A DNA stretch of 64,000 nt from Prorocentrum cordatum (lineage: Eukaryota): contig CAUYUJ010000259.1 of NCBI GenBank assembly GCA_963575745.1, forward strand, positions 434,001 to 498,000. Reading direction: 5' to 3'. A program made the translations under genes and the position numbers. The stretch's first letter is position 1; every line of letters starts with the position of its first letter. The notes beneath the pieces were generated by a model. It worked only from the letters and a program-made list of their open reading frames with translations, had not been told where the DNA came from and made no database searches. This document shows positions 39,200 to 50,516 of this stretch, piece by piece.

Positions 39200-40900
39200 C
39201 TGGCCCAGTATCTACAACAGACTTGCTGCAGACTTGCTGACGTGCCCACGCAATATCGATGAAAGCAGCGCAGGGGTCTGATTGGCACTCTTATTCTTTC
39301 ACTTTGGAATGTTGGCTGGGACCCGATCTCGTCTGTGGAGTGGATCGACCACCTGGGCAACACCTGTCAGATGGGCGAGGGCGACGACGACCACAAGGGC
39401 GACCCATCCGACGACACCCATGCTATCCTGGAAACACAACAGCTCCAGCAATGGACCAAGGCCTCAGACCATTGGCTGGGCAAGGGCTCCGAGTAGGCAT
39501 CGACACCTACGACCTTATCAAGAAGCTGAAGGTACTGCGTAAGCGAGGCAAGCTCCATGAGGCAGGTGCACTACTGGAGGTGGCAAGCGCTGGCATGTGG
39601 ACGCCTGACCGCAAGCATAAGACATTCACAGATGCATCCAACCTTGCGCCTGTGGCGAGATCTGCGACGACCTCCACAAAGTATGGGGTACAGTTTCGTG
39701 CAAGGACGACCACGAGGACTACGACAAGACGGAGTGCATTGGACAAAGGGCCATATAAGGCAGCCAACACACACACTGCTTGTGGCTACGTGGGCTCATG
39801 CTCAAGGCATGGACAGCGCCGCCAGGTTGCGACACAACAGAGCAGCACACCAACATCGGCGACTTCGACAATGACGGCAAGGTAACGACTACGGACGATA
39901 TCGTTGTGGTATGCACTGACGGCAGCGGAGGAGAGCAACCTCATGACCGTCGATATTGAAGATGCGGATGGGATTGTCCAAGCTGCAGCGACGAGGAAAA
40001 GAATGGCAATTGAATGCTGGGCAGTACGGACCACTTCCAGGACGATGGCATTCCAACAACAGGGCAGAACAATGGGCAATACTACAGGCGATGCGATGCT
40101 CATATGGACGACCCCACATCTGGACGGACATAGGGGGGGCCATTCGAGGATGGCAGCGTGGCCACCATGTACACAATGCACGGCGTCACGCGAACTACGA
40201 CGTCTGGAGCCTTCTTGGCAGGGTTTTGCATCAGACAGCTCCCAACCACAGAGACCCCGAGGTGCTCGTAAAGCTGCAAGACCCGCCGAGCACCTCGTAA
40301 AGGCTGTGGCTTGCAGTGAGCCTTGAGGCGTCGCTCGGCAATGCAGCAGCGGATGCCCTGGCCGACAGCGGCGGAGGCGCACGCGATCGCAGCTCCGCAG
40401 CTCAGCAACCTGCGCGCTGGTGTGGGAAATATCCACTCGTGCTCGCCTCGCGGCCTGCGCCAAGGACCCCGCCGCCCAGATGAGCAAGACGCAGACCTCC
40501 CAGGAGCCCAAGAAGAGAAAGCCACCTGTGAGCTGAGCCAGGACCTTTCCGCCTCTGCCCATGTCCCCCTCCCTTCCCGTAGTCGTTGGCAGTGCACTGC
40601 GTGTAAAGAAGCAGGAAGTAAGCGTGCAGGAGTCTTGGTCATCTAAGGATGGTTTCAGAATTGCAGAATTCGCTGTGGGTCTAAGTGTGCCCGAGGTCCC
40701 GCGCAAATCATCCCAAATAGGCAACAGATCCTTCAAGCTTTCCCACGCGATGCAATCTGCGGATAGTTGTTCCAGTTGGCGGTGCACCACCTGTGGCCGT
40801 CGGTCCGAAGTAACCGATCGGAGGAGTGCTAACGGATAGTTATTTGAGTGTAAGAGCCCGACCGAGAACGGGGTGTATATAATCAGTCGCCTATCCTAAG
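39200..40900 (+). mobile_element. Degenerate non-LTR retrotransposon (LINE) 3' portion with RNase H domain, inside msrB intron 2
   Basis: Frameshifted motifs in order: AGALLEVASAGMW, PCACGEICDDLHKVW (Zn-finger-like), CLWLRGLM (39777-39800), RNase H TDGSGG...RRY*RCGW (39915-39970), PLPGRWHSNNRAEQWAI, HIWTD, HANYDVW, GNAAADALA (40337-40363), and C-terminal SH...WRCTTCG. Confidence 0.8.
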
Positions 40901-41051
40901 GCAAGCCAGTGCCACATCAGTGGCCGCTTCGTTCCCGATCCCCGAGGTGGCGCAGCCAATTGGCGTTACTCGACATCGTTGTCGCCGAAACTCCTTCGAA
41001 ACTCCTCCTCCATCTCCCCCTCCCCCTTGCCCCTCCCCCCTGCCCGCGCAG

Positions 41052-41150
41052 GCGCTCTACCGCTCGGAGCACAAGTTCCGGAGTGGCCACGGCTGGCCCG
41101 CCTTCTCCGACTCCCTCCCGGAGGCCCTCGACCGGCACGGCACCGGGAAG
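41052..41150 (+). CDS. msrB: MsrB exon 3: ALYRSEHKFRSGHGWPAFSDSLPEALDRHGTGK
   Basis: 99 nt, phase 0-0. Acceptor gcag|GCG, donor AAG|gc. Contains the LY.S..KF.SG.GWPAF motif. Confidence 0.95.
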
Positions 41151-41964
41151 GCGCGCTCTGGGCGCTCACGAGGCAGTCGTTGTTACCCCCTGGCGATGAC
41201 GAGCGTGACTGGGGCGGGGTGGGCCTGGTGAGAGGAGGCAAGGGTACCCACAAGGTTACCGTTGCCTCGTTTTTCCCCTTTTGGGGTCTCCTGGGCGGCT
41301 CTCGTCGCCACCGCTGGATTCGCCTCGCAATTCTGGTCAGAACGCATCCTGGGAGAGGTCCCGGGAGTAATGGTATCGGTTTTTGGGCTGGGCTGAGGGG
41401 AGGGGTCGGTCACGTCACGATTCGCGCTAGCGCCGTGTGGAAGAAAATGCATCAGGCATGGCGGCGCCAGCGCGCATCGTGACGTGACTGGGTCGGCGGT
41501 TGGAAATGGGGACTCCTCAGGAATGCCCCCGCCTCCTAAGCAGGCCACCCCATTTTCCCCGGGTTTTTGTGCGCCCCGCCTTCCCCCAGGAGCTGCGCTG
41601 GGTCTCAGCCTCCTCAGGGATTCCGCGACGCGATCCGTTGGAGACTTTCGCACCCTGGCCTCCTCGGCCTCAGGCAGGCCTGAGACGAGGGTAAGCCGTT
41701 GCAGAACGCCCCTGGGCGAAGCCGCGGCCTCAGATGCATCTTCCAGACTGGCCTCAGGAGATGCCCGATCCATCCTCATCCGAAGGCCCCCGGAGCAGAG
41801 TCTCTACATCTACGTCTGTGACATATGTTATAGTATATATATAGATGCACACACCCATATCTAACAATACGTAGTCACATGTATAACAATGATATGTATA
41901 TGTATGTATGCGTGCAAGTGTGTGTCAATGTTGAATTCCCCCTCCCCTGTGTGCATGTGCTTTA

Positions 41965-42489
41965 TATAGCTATACATATACGCATACATACATACATGCA
42001 TACATGCATACATAAATACCTACATGCATACACATACATACATAGATACATACACACATACATACATATATACACATACATAAATATGGTTGCATCCATG
42101 CATGCACGTATGTATATATAGATGTGTGTTCACATGCATACACACGCATACAACCACACGTACATATATGCACGCATACATACATACACATATATTTAGA
42201 CATGCACACACATACATACATGCATGTATGCATGTATGCATGCATACATACATACATGTATACATGCATACAACCACACACATGCATACATACATGCATG
42301 CATACATACATACATACAACCATACATATATACATACATACATACATACATACATACATACATACACACATACATACATACATGCATGCATGCATACATA
42401 CATACATACATACATGCATGCATGCATGCATGCATACATACATATAAACATACAAACATGCATACATGCATACACACATACATAGATAC

Positions 42490-42574
<85 letters not shown>

Positions 42575-42790
42575 TACATATACATACAGACAGACAGTCA
42601 TACAGACATGTATACACACATATACACACGCATACATACATCCATACGTCAAACCATCCATACATACACACATACATACGTTCGTACATACATGTGTACA
42701 CACGTACACACATGAATGCACGCATGCATGCATACATACATACATGTGTACTCACGGTCGATGCATCCATCTACTCATGTATGCATTTTC
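41965..42790. repeat. (CATA)n/(CATACA)n/(CATG)n purine-pyrimidine alternating microsatellite in msrB intron 3
   Basis: Directly visible. Confidence 0.96.
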
Positions 42791-43406
42791 CTAGTAAACG
42801 TATTGTGCACATGTATGACTAGACATGCTGTATACCCAGATGCCAGGTGTAAGTTCCTTCAGATCCTGCATCGGTGGCCCGTGTCCTAGTGTTGCCCGAA
42901 CGGCCTCCCGTATGGACTCCATTATGATGTCAAATATGGCCTCCCGTGGTCTTACATGTAGACTAAGAGATCCGCGTGGTCTTCTTAACGTTCATGCGCA
43001 TGCCGTTGGGGTTCTTCTAGAGATGGAGGCCGGAGGAGGGAGGGAATGGGAATGGACATGGGAATGGGAGTGGGAGGAGAAGTATAAGATCGGAGGCGGA
43101 GGGAGGAGGTGGAGGAGGAGATGGAGCAGGAGATGGGAGGAGGATTACAGGGGAGGATGAGGAGGAGGGAGGAGGAGGGAGGAGGGAGGAGGAGGAGGAG
43201 GAGGAGGAGGTGGGAGGGAGGAGGGCGGAGGGAGGAGGGAGGAGGAGGGAGAGAGGAGGAGAAGGAGGATGAGGGTGAGGCGGGAGGAGAGAGGATTATG
43301 AGGGAGGAGGTGGAGGGAGGAGGAAGAGAAGGAGGATGAGGAGGAGGAGTAGGACCGAGGTGGAGGGAGGGAGAGGAGGGAGTGGGGGAGGGATGGCCGC
43401 CGCAAG

Positions 43407-43480
43407 GTGGAGGTCACTTGCCGAGGGTGCGGCGGCCATCTCGGACACGTCTTCAGGTCGTCGCGCTACCCGAAGCCAAG
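43407..43480 (+). CDS. msrB: MsrB exon 4: VEVTCRGCGGHLGHVFRSSRYPKP(R) (second CxxC)
   Basis: 74 nt, phase 0-2. Acceptor caag|GTG, donor CCAAG|gagccg (GA donor). Contains the E.TC..CGGHLGHVF motif; start of ORF 43407..43799. Confidence 0.93.
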
Positions 43481-43837
43481 GAGCCGAGCTGCAGCGCCGC
43501 CGCTGTCGGCGTCCAGTGTGGGTCCTCCCTCCTCCTCTCTCCTCCCTCCTCCTCTCCTCCCTCCTCCTCCCCTCCTCCCTCCTTCTCTCCTCCTTCCTCC
43601 TCTCTCCTCCCTCCTTCTCTCCTCCCTCCCTCCCTCTTTGGAAACGAGCAAGCGGCATAAAACCGAAATCTTCGGAGGTCCGCGCGGACGGATTCGGGCG
43701 GAACTCCGTCAGTGTCATGTTATGATGTTTCCATGGTCTTCGTCCACCCTCCTCCCTCGTCCCCCTTCCCAGACCTGTCTGATCTCGATTCGTTTGTAGG
43801 AGTTCGGCAGGCCAGATGAGTACAGTCAACCCGCCTA

Positions 43838-43981
43838 ATAAGGATGGGCAACCTTCCCGAGGGTACCATTGCATCCTTGCCTCTTCGGTTCATTCTTGGC
43901 CACTTTCGTTGGCCGCGCCCCGCTCGAAACGCTTCGAAATGGGCGTCCAAGGCCCTTGCATCCTTATCGCGCATCCTTATG
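43838..43981. mobile_element. MITE-like family J (~145 bp)
   Basis: ATAAGGATG ... CATCCTTAT ends. Closely similar copy at 11850-11992 and a degenerate copy at ~32553-32695. Confidence 0.75.
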
Positions 43982-44719
43982 ATACGGGTTCACTCTACGG
44001 ATCGTTCCCATACCAGCATTGAGCGAGCGAGCTTTTCCAGACCTCGCGCTGCGAAAACGAGCGAGACGAGCGCGGCGGGAGGTTGCGGTCAGCTTCCGGC
44101 CTCGAGGGGGGAGGAGGGGGTTCTCGCGGGGCCGCGGGACCGAGAGGCCATGGGCGTCAAGCAGCGGTGCGGGACGAGAGGCCAGCCCCAGGAAGCGGGT
44201 TCAGATGTCCACGGGGGCAACGCTGTGTAAGATTTGGTGGCGTTGGAGTTCTGGGCCGCACGAGTGAACGGCAGCACGTAGTCGAGGCATCGATTTCTTG
44301 GCAGGTCATTCGAGGTTGCGAGGTGAATCTGCTCCTTGCCTTGGAGGGCAGGCTGGGGGCCCCCCAAGGACCGCAAAACGGATGTTGCATGCTTTGAAGA
44401 AGGCATGAGTCGAGTCCAGTTGGAGGATGGCATGCGCCCAGATGGAATCAGTGTTCGGTCTGACCTTCGAAGATCTAGGCCTCCCAGATGGGGTCGGAGT
44501 AGATGGGGGCGGAGGATCGCGCAGCATCGACGACGCATCGGCGACGCGGCTCGATGTGGAGCCCGAATCTCTTCGCGCTGGCGTCGCCGATGCATCGGCG
44601 ATGCGGCGCGATCCTCCGACCCCATCTACTCCGACCCGATCCAGGAGGCCTCTAGAAGAGTGTTGATTTTCACAGATGAAAAGTAATCGGGGTATCTCAC
44701 ATGGACCTGTTCAGGGCGC

Positions 44720-45010
44720 TTCATGAGTAGCTCAGTACAGCAGGTCTACCATCCAAGAGTAGCTCCACGCCACCTTGCGCTCATGCTGTTGGACGATCCC
44801 ACTCGGAGACAAGCATTCGGTCCTGCATTGTCATGGGTGACAGCACCGTGGGAGGCGGCAACGAAGGGAAACAGCCAGGAGACAGTCGCACTTTCTGTGT
44901 TACTCAGATTGGTTGACCCTGTGCTGTGTCGTTCTCGCTGCCTGGTCAGCAGCAAAAGGTTGTGCTGGAGCAGCACACCTTTCGCTTCAGCGCATCGGTT
45001 GGAGTTCTGA
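44720..45010 (+). mobile_element. Short LINE-like fragment in msrB intron 4
   Basis: ORF 44723..45010 has LALMLLDDPT...GPALSWVTAPWEAA, resembling the post-RT DP....P...W...W segment I recall from protist LINE ORFs. Base composition differs from the flanks. Confidence 0.3.
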
Positions 45011-45138
45011 CGGGCCCTTTGAATTATTGATGGTCAGGGTCTATCTGTCAATCTGACGGATGCCTGTCCCCATACGATGCAGGAGGGAGGAGTGGAGGGC
45101 GGTATGTTCTCCTCCCCTCACTGTGAGCCTGCCCCGAG

Positions 45139-45193
45139 GAACGAGCGGCACTGCGTCAACTCGGTGAGCCTCCACTTCCGGACCACGCCGCCC
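45139..45193 (+). CDS. msrB: MsrB exon 5: (R)NERHCVNSVSLHFRTTPP (catalytic Cys); 3' end uncertain
   Basis: Acceptor cgag|G at 45137-45138 completes the AG+G Arg codon. ERHCVNSVSL.F catalytic motif with TGC at 45152-45154. The frame then runs into a poly-G tract with no nearby stop. Confidence 0.9.
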
Positions 45194-45910
45194 TGGGGGG
45201 GGGGGGGGGGGGCAGCACGGCGAGGAGGAAGAGTTGGAGGGAGGGCAGGGGAGGGAGAGGAGGAGGAGGAGGAGGAGGAGGAGGAGGAGGAGGAGGAGGA
45301 CCAGGAGGAGAAGAGGAAGGCGAGTCAGGAAGGGATGCCGAGGCCGAGCAGGGGCGGGGGCAGGCGGAGCGACGAGGAGAGGGAGGGAGAGGAGGGGGGA
45401 GAGGAGGGGGGAGGCTGGGGGGCGCCTGGAAGGCCGCGGGGGGCGGGCGCTGGTCGCCGACTCGTGACCCCTTAGAGCCCCTCCCGGCGCACAGCTCACG
45501 GGGGCCGATGCCCTGTGCCGCTCCCGCGTGCTGCTCGGGGCCGGCCCGTCGCTCCGAGGTGGTGGGCGGCAGGAGCGCCACCGGGAGCCACCGGGAGGGA
45601 GGGGAGGGAGGGCGACGTCGCTCGGCGGAGGCCGGGCGGAGTGCCGCGCCCGCCGACGGACCGACGGACCGACGGACCGACTGGCGTCGGGGGAGGGCAG
45701 GGTTGAGCTCAGAAGCCTGTCCCTGCCTGCAGGAGAGTTCAAGAGATAGGCAAACGAGGGTCTGGAACGGTTTCGTTTGTGTGCTTGGGCATGTTGTCGG
45801 ATATCTGCTGACTATGTTTTATGTTTCGTCCAGACTCCGCCTGTAGGAGGACACGCCCGACCTAAGACAACGTACCGATGCCGCCACGTGTCCCTCTCTT
45901 TCCCCTCTCT

Positions 45911-46012
45911 GGGCCTCCTTGGAGGCCCTCGTCGCCACCGCCGGATTCGCCTCTTGACATTCTGGTGAGAGCGCACCCTGAGAGAGGTCCTGTGAGAAGC
46001 GGTATCGGTACT
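45911..46012 (+). repeat. Dispersed ~100 bp repeat family M
   Basis: GGCCTCCT.GGAGGCCCTCGTCGCCACCGC.GGAT.CGCCTC...GAGAGGTC...AGCGGTATCGGTAC. Also at 13312-13410, 41284-41380 and 55463-55562. Confidence 0.75.
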
Positions 46013-49000
46013 TCGTCCAAGACCCTGCAAACGTGGCGTTAGTAAACGGGCCGGTAGCTGAGGGTGCGTTTTCAATGGTGTTCTCAAAACATGGATTTGC
46101 CGCGCACAAGTGCGAGGTACCCCCCCCGCCCAGAGTTCAGATGATGTATCGACGTGTTTTTGCCGTCCCGATTTATAGTGCACTAGTGCGAGGTAAATGC
46201 CCTGTGGCCCCGTTCTCGCCTGAAGAGGCCCCTTCTTAACGACCGCCCCGTTTAGTAAAGCCCCATTTGCAGGGGCTTGGCTTGTGGTCACCCTGTGACT
46301 GGCTGACGTCGAGCCGCCCTCAGTGGCGCCCGCACGCGGGGTCAACACGTCTGGGTCTGCGGGTCGGCTCTCTCCACAGGTACTGCAGGAAGCTCGTCCC
46401 GAGGCCCGGGGGGGCCCAAGACGCCCAAAACCGCCTCCACCATCGGATCCTCGACCTCCCCAGAGATCTAGCGTATTGAACAAATCAAGGAGAGGTTTTT
46501 CGCCGTTTTCGGGCTCCAGAGGCCCTTACCGGGCCCTGGGACCGTCAAAGAACGACTCAGGATGGAAAACCGGTCCTGGGCAATGGGTCGAAATTTCCGG
46601 GGACCCCGTATTGAAAAAATCACTACGTCGGATCTTTTGATCTTCCCCCTCCTCCATCTCTGGGCGGCCAAGAGGGGGGTCATGACTAGGGGTGGTGGGT
46701 GGTGGATACCATGGCAGGGGCCACGATACAGTGAGCGACTTGAACAAGGAACACTTGCTTTCCAAAAGGGTCTCGGCCCCTCCTTGAGCTTGCACGGGTT
46801 AGTTCTCGCTCCTTCTGCTTAATTCGTCATGTATCGTTCCTTATGCGGTCCTTAGGTCGGGCCGATGACTGTATCTCCCCAGATTTCATGGTGCTTCTTC
46901 TGATTTCAAGGCGTCCCCTGGCCCCCCTCGTCCGCCCACATGCCGCTCCCCATTTAACGTCCCCATCCCAGAGCCGCCTGCGATCGGATTCGGTGCGCTC
47001 TGATTTGCCAACCGAGGCCGCGATTCCGATTCGATTCGCTTCGCTTCGAGTCACCGGGATCAGCCTGGGCCAGCTGGAGCTTGGCAGCTTGGCGCGGCGA
47101 TCCTATCTTGATCCGATTTGGGACGTCTTGCTGACGATCCGATTCGTTCCCGGTGCTGATCCGATCTCGCGATTCGACCCAGGTCAGACCTGCATCCCTC
47201 CCACTCAGACCCCCAACATCACGATGTTCTAACGACGTGGAACCCCAGAGGTTTATTGTGACGGTGTCAGGGCCCGCTGGGCGCCCCGAAAACAGCAAAA
47301 TATGTGTTGTGTTGATGTTTCAATGAACCGAGGAGGTCTGGGTCCCTCCCATGGAGGCAATGTTGTGTTTCATTAGACGCAGCCAATTTGCTTGCATGGC
47401 GTTCCCCCCCCCCCTCGGCCGCCTTTTCCAACAGCGATGGGCCGAGCATGCGTGCAGGCAAGCCACGACTCGCGGCAAGTCCAGACTCTTCCATTTGGGC
47501 CGCACAACGTCCCCCCCCTCCCCCCCTCCAGGCAAGTAGACTTGCCGGGGCCTAAATCGGCCACGCGCAGAGGGGGGCAGGGAGGGGGGAAGTCTTCTCA
47601 GATGGAGGCCGCTTCTTAAAAAGGCGCGGGCCGTGTTTGTAGATTTAGGGCACGCGCCGTCTAAGAAACAGCCTCCTTCTAAGAAGCCTTTGGGTAGGGC
47701 TACCAACAAAGGGACGTCAAGGTGGTCAAACTAGCACTGCAACATCCAGCCATTCGTTTCGCAATGCGTCCAAAGGTTTGTCTTGACGCTGGGCGTGGTG
47801 CACTCGGTTCAGCTGGACCGATCAGATTGGTTGCGCCCTTCGGCGTCCATTTGGGGAGTCCACTTGGGGCGTCCAGTGGGCATCGGAAACGGCAGGCCGT
47901 TTCTTCACCGTTTCCGAAGCAGCGCCTCTTGGAAATCGAGACGGCACAGAAACGGCGACTGGAAAAGGCAAGAAAAACGGCTGCAGGATTGGAGCCAGAA
48001 CCGGAACTGGTCTCAAAACGGCGACAGAACCAGTTAAAAGAAACAGCGTAGGTGCCGGCGACAAAAACGGGGAAGAACGGAGCAGGTGAAACAACGGCCT
48101 TGTCGGTTCCAGGGCCCACGCAGTCCAGCCCAGCTCGAACCCTCCCCTTGACCCCTCCCCTTCACTCCTGCTCGAACCCTCCTCTTGACCCCCTCCCCCT
48201 GACCCTGCTCGAACCCCCGCCCCTCCCCCTGACCCCTCGGTGCGCCGCCAGCGCAGGGCGGCCGCAGCTGCGAGCGGCGAGCGGCGAGCGGCCGAGCGGG
48301 AAGCAGCCTCCTTGTAAGAAGCCTCCCCTTCTCCTTCTCCTCCAGCTAAGCCGCCTCCTCCCAGGAAGCCGCCCCCCTCCTCCCCGCGCCAAGAGGCAGC
48401 CTCCTGGCTGGGGGGCAGCCTCCCCCTCGGCAGCAGCAGCCTCCCCATTCGGAGCGGCCGCCCTCCTCCTCGGAGGAGCCTCCTCCCGGAAGCCTTCCGT
48501 CTGTGTGCGCCGCCAGCCGCAGAAAGGCGGTCGCCGGGGCCCCCCCCGCGCAGGCCCGACGCCGCGGGGCCCGGCGCCGCGGCCCCCGGCGCCGCGGGGC
48601 GCGCGCCCCCCGCCTCGGAGGCTGCCCCGCCGGGGCGCGCCGCCCGGAGCGCCAGAATTCGCGGCACGCCGCGCGGGCAGAAGCGCGCGCTCCTCGCCCG
48701 ACGCCGCCGCCCTGCCGCGCAGGGTCGGGCCGCCGCCGCTGCCCGCGTGGTCTCCCTGCATCGCTCGGACACGTTCCCCCCCCCCCCCCCCTGGCGAGGA
48801 CCCTCGAGGGGCATCTTGGAGCAGCGTGCGAAGGGTGACGCGCGGAACCTCGGAAAAGGAACACACCTCATGGACATCAGCTTTTTTGGCGCTCCGCTCG
48901 GATTTATTGGATCTGCGCTTGGCCCCCCCCCCGGCGGGTCCTCTGGCGCCGCCCCCGGCGCGCTCCGCGCGCCAGGGGGGGGGGGTCCAGCGCAGATCCG

Positions 49001-50349
49001 AGAAGTCCGCGCGGAGCGCCAAAAGTTCATGCTTATGGCAGTCGCTCTTCGTCTACAGGCGCGGAAAACTGCAGCATGCACGGGGAAGGGACGCCCGAAC
49101 GACGGCAAGTCTCCAGGACAGGCGCGGAAAACTGCAGCATGCCGGGGAAGGGACGCCCGAACGACGGCAAGTCTCCAGGATTCCCAGAAGGGGGTCCGGG
49201 CAGACGGGATCGGGGGATCGCGCCGCATCGCCGATGCATCGGCGATGCGGCTCGACGTGGTGCCCGATGTTCTCCACACCAACGTCGCCGATGCATCGCC
49301 GACGTCGCCGATGCCTCGACGATGCATCGGTCATGCGGCGCAATCCTCCGACCCCATCTACTCGAACTCCATCTGGGAGGCCACTAGCATCAGGGCCGCC
49401 CCCACCCAGACCCCTTCGCGTCGTGAAAACGTCACGGGGAACCCTGGCATCCTGGCGTGGCAAGTGTTCTGCACCTGGCGATGTTGCCCTGTTTCGGGTC
49501 CTGGGGCCCTCACGGATCGATCCGACTCGAGGAGTGGCACAGAAGGATAGCGTCTAGGCTTCGGTTCGTGATGTTTCGTGATGTTGAATTTTGGTTCGCA
49601 ACGTCGGATCTCGGGGTTCGGAGGAGGAAAGGGTTCCAAGATATGCTCGCGACGTGAGCAACCCCACGACGGGACATTTTTGCGATTTTCGTCCCCTGGG
49701 GGCCAACGTTGAGCCCCAGGACTGCCAAGAAATAACTCGGGATTCATGCCCCAGCGAGCACCATCGAGGGGCATCTAGGACCATCGTGCGCAAAATAACA
49801 TACGGAACCGAACAATGCAGAGCCCGTCCTGGGGGATGTGTTCAGGCCTATTGACCTCTGGGGGCACATGCCATGAACAAGTCATGACGTCGGGGGTCTG
49901 TGAACGGGGCCCGAGCTCATCGCGAACAAAAGAACCCCTAACCCTAATAACATGATGAAGACGTGGCCTCGCTAAGGCTCTTGCTTCGCATAGTCTGATG
50001 CATGTGCAGAAAAGACCCGCCACCCCGAATGTTTTTTGCCCTCCCAACGTAGGTCCCCTCCCAAAGGGCTAGGGGTTATTTTACCGCTAATTCCGAGCAG
50101 GAGGAGTCGGAGGATCGGGCCGCCTCGCCGATGCTCCAGCGATGTGGCGCGACGAGGAGCCCGACTTCCTCCGTGCCGGCGACGTCGCCAGTGCTTCGCT
50201 GCTGCACCAGCGATGCGAGGCGATCTTCTGGTCGAAGGACGCGTGGTGGAGGGGCGATACACTGGGGGGCTGTCAGGGCTGCCGACAAGGAGCCCTTTGT
50301 GGCCGCTAGAGGAGCTCCTCGGGGCCCCAGAGTAGGGGAGCGAAGAATG

Positions 50350-50516
50350 ACATAGACATAAAAACTCGGAGGTCCGCGCGGATTTCGCGGATCCCCGCTG
50401 GGACCCCCTTGGCGGCGCCTCCGGCGCCGCCCCTGGCGCGTTCCGCGCGCCGGGGAGGGGGGTCAAGCGCGGATCCGAGAAATCCGCGCAGCCCTCCGAG
50501 TTTTTATGTTTATGCC
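50350..50516. mobile_element. MITE-like palindromic family G
   Basis: CATAAAAACTCGGAGGTCCGCGCGGATTTCGCGGATCC ... GGATCCGAGAAATCCGCGCAGCCCTCCGAGTTTTTATG. Related copies at ~26035-26206, 48870-49040 and 57962-58126; partial at 31860-31930, 43660-43725 and 63045-63110. Confidence 0.8.

Larger units (their letters stand above)
35809..45193 (+). other. msrB: Intron-split methionine-R-sulfoxide reductase B gene (recognisable span; 5' exon(s) and stop not located)
   Basis: Five exons splice in consistent phase to (G)WQKRLAPEQFRVLRRK|GTEEIHSGEYNDHFEKGTYHCSGCGQ|ALYRSEHKFRSGHGWPAFSDSLPEALDRHGTGK|VEVTCRGCGGHLGHVFRSSRYPKP(R|)NERHCVNSVSLHFRTTPP. All SelR/MsrB motifs occur in order: W..L.PEQF.VLR.KGTE, G.Y.C..C, KF.SG.GWP.F, E..C..C..HLGHVF and ERHCVNS.SL.F. 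Confidence 0.95.

Noticed and set aside
45128..45138. Alternative acceptor at gag|CCT giving PAPR instead of PKPR
   Set aside because: It would need a donor after TAC in exon 4, where the sequence is CC, and it breaks the AG|G pattern.
45152..45154. Selenoprotein (Sec-containing MsrB1/SelR)
   Set aside because: The catalytic codon is TGC (Cys); no in-frame TGA in any recovered exon.
47822..49557. Two overlapping 501-aa ORFs on opposite strands
   Set aside because: They are stop-poor because of very high GC and run through MITE families E, G and C; not credible as single CDSs.
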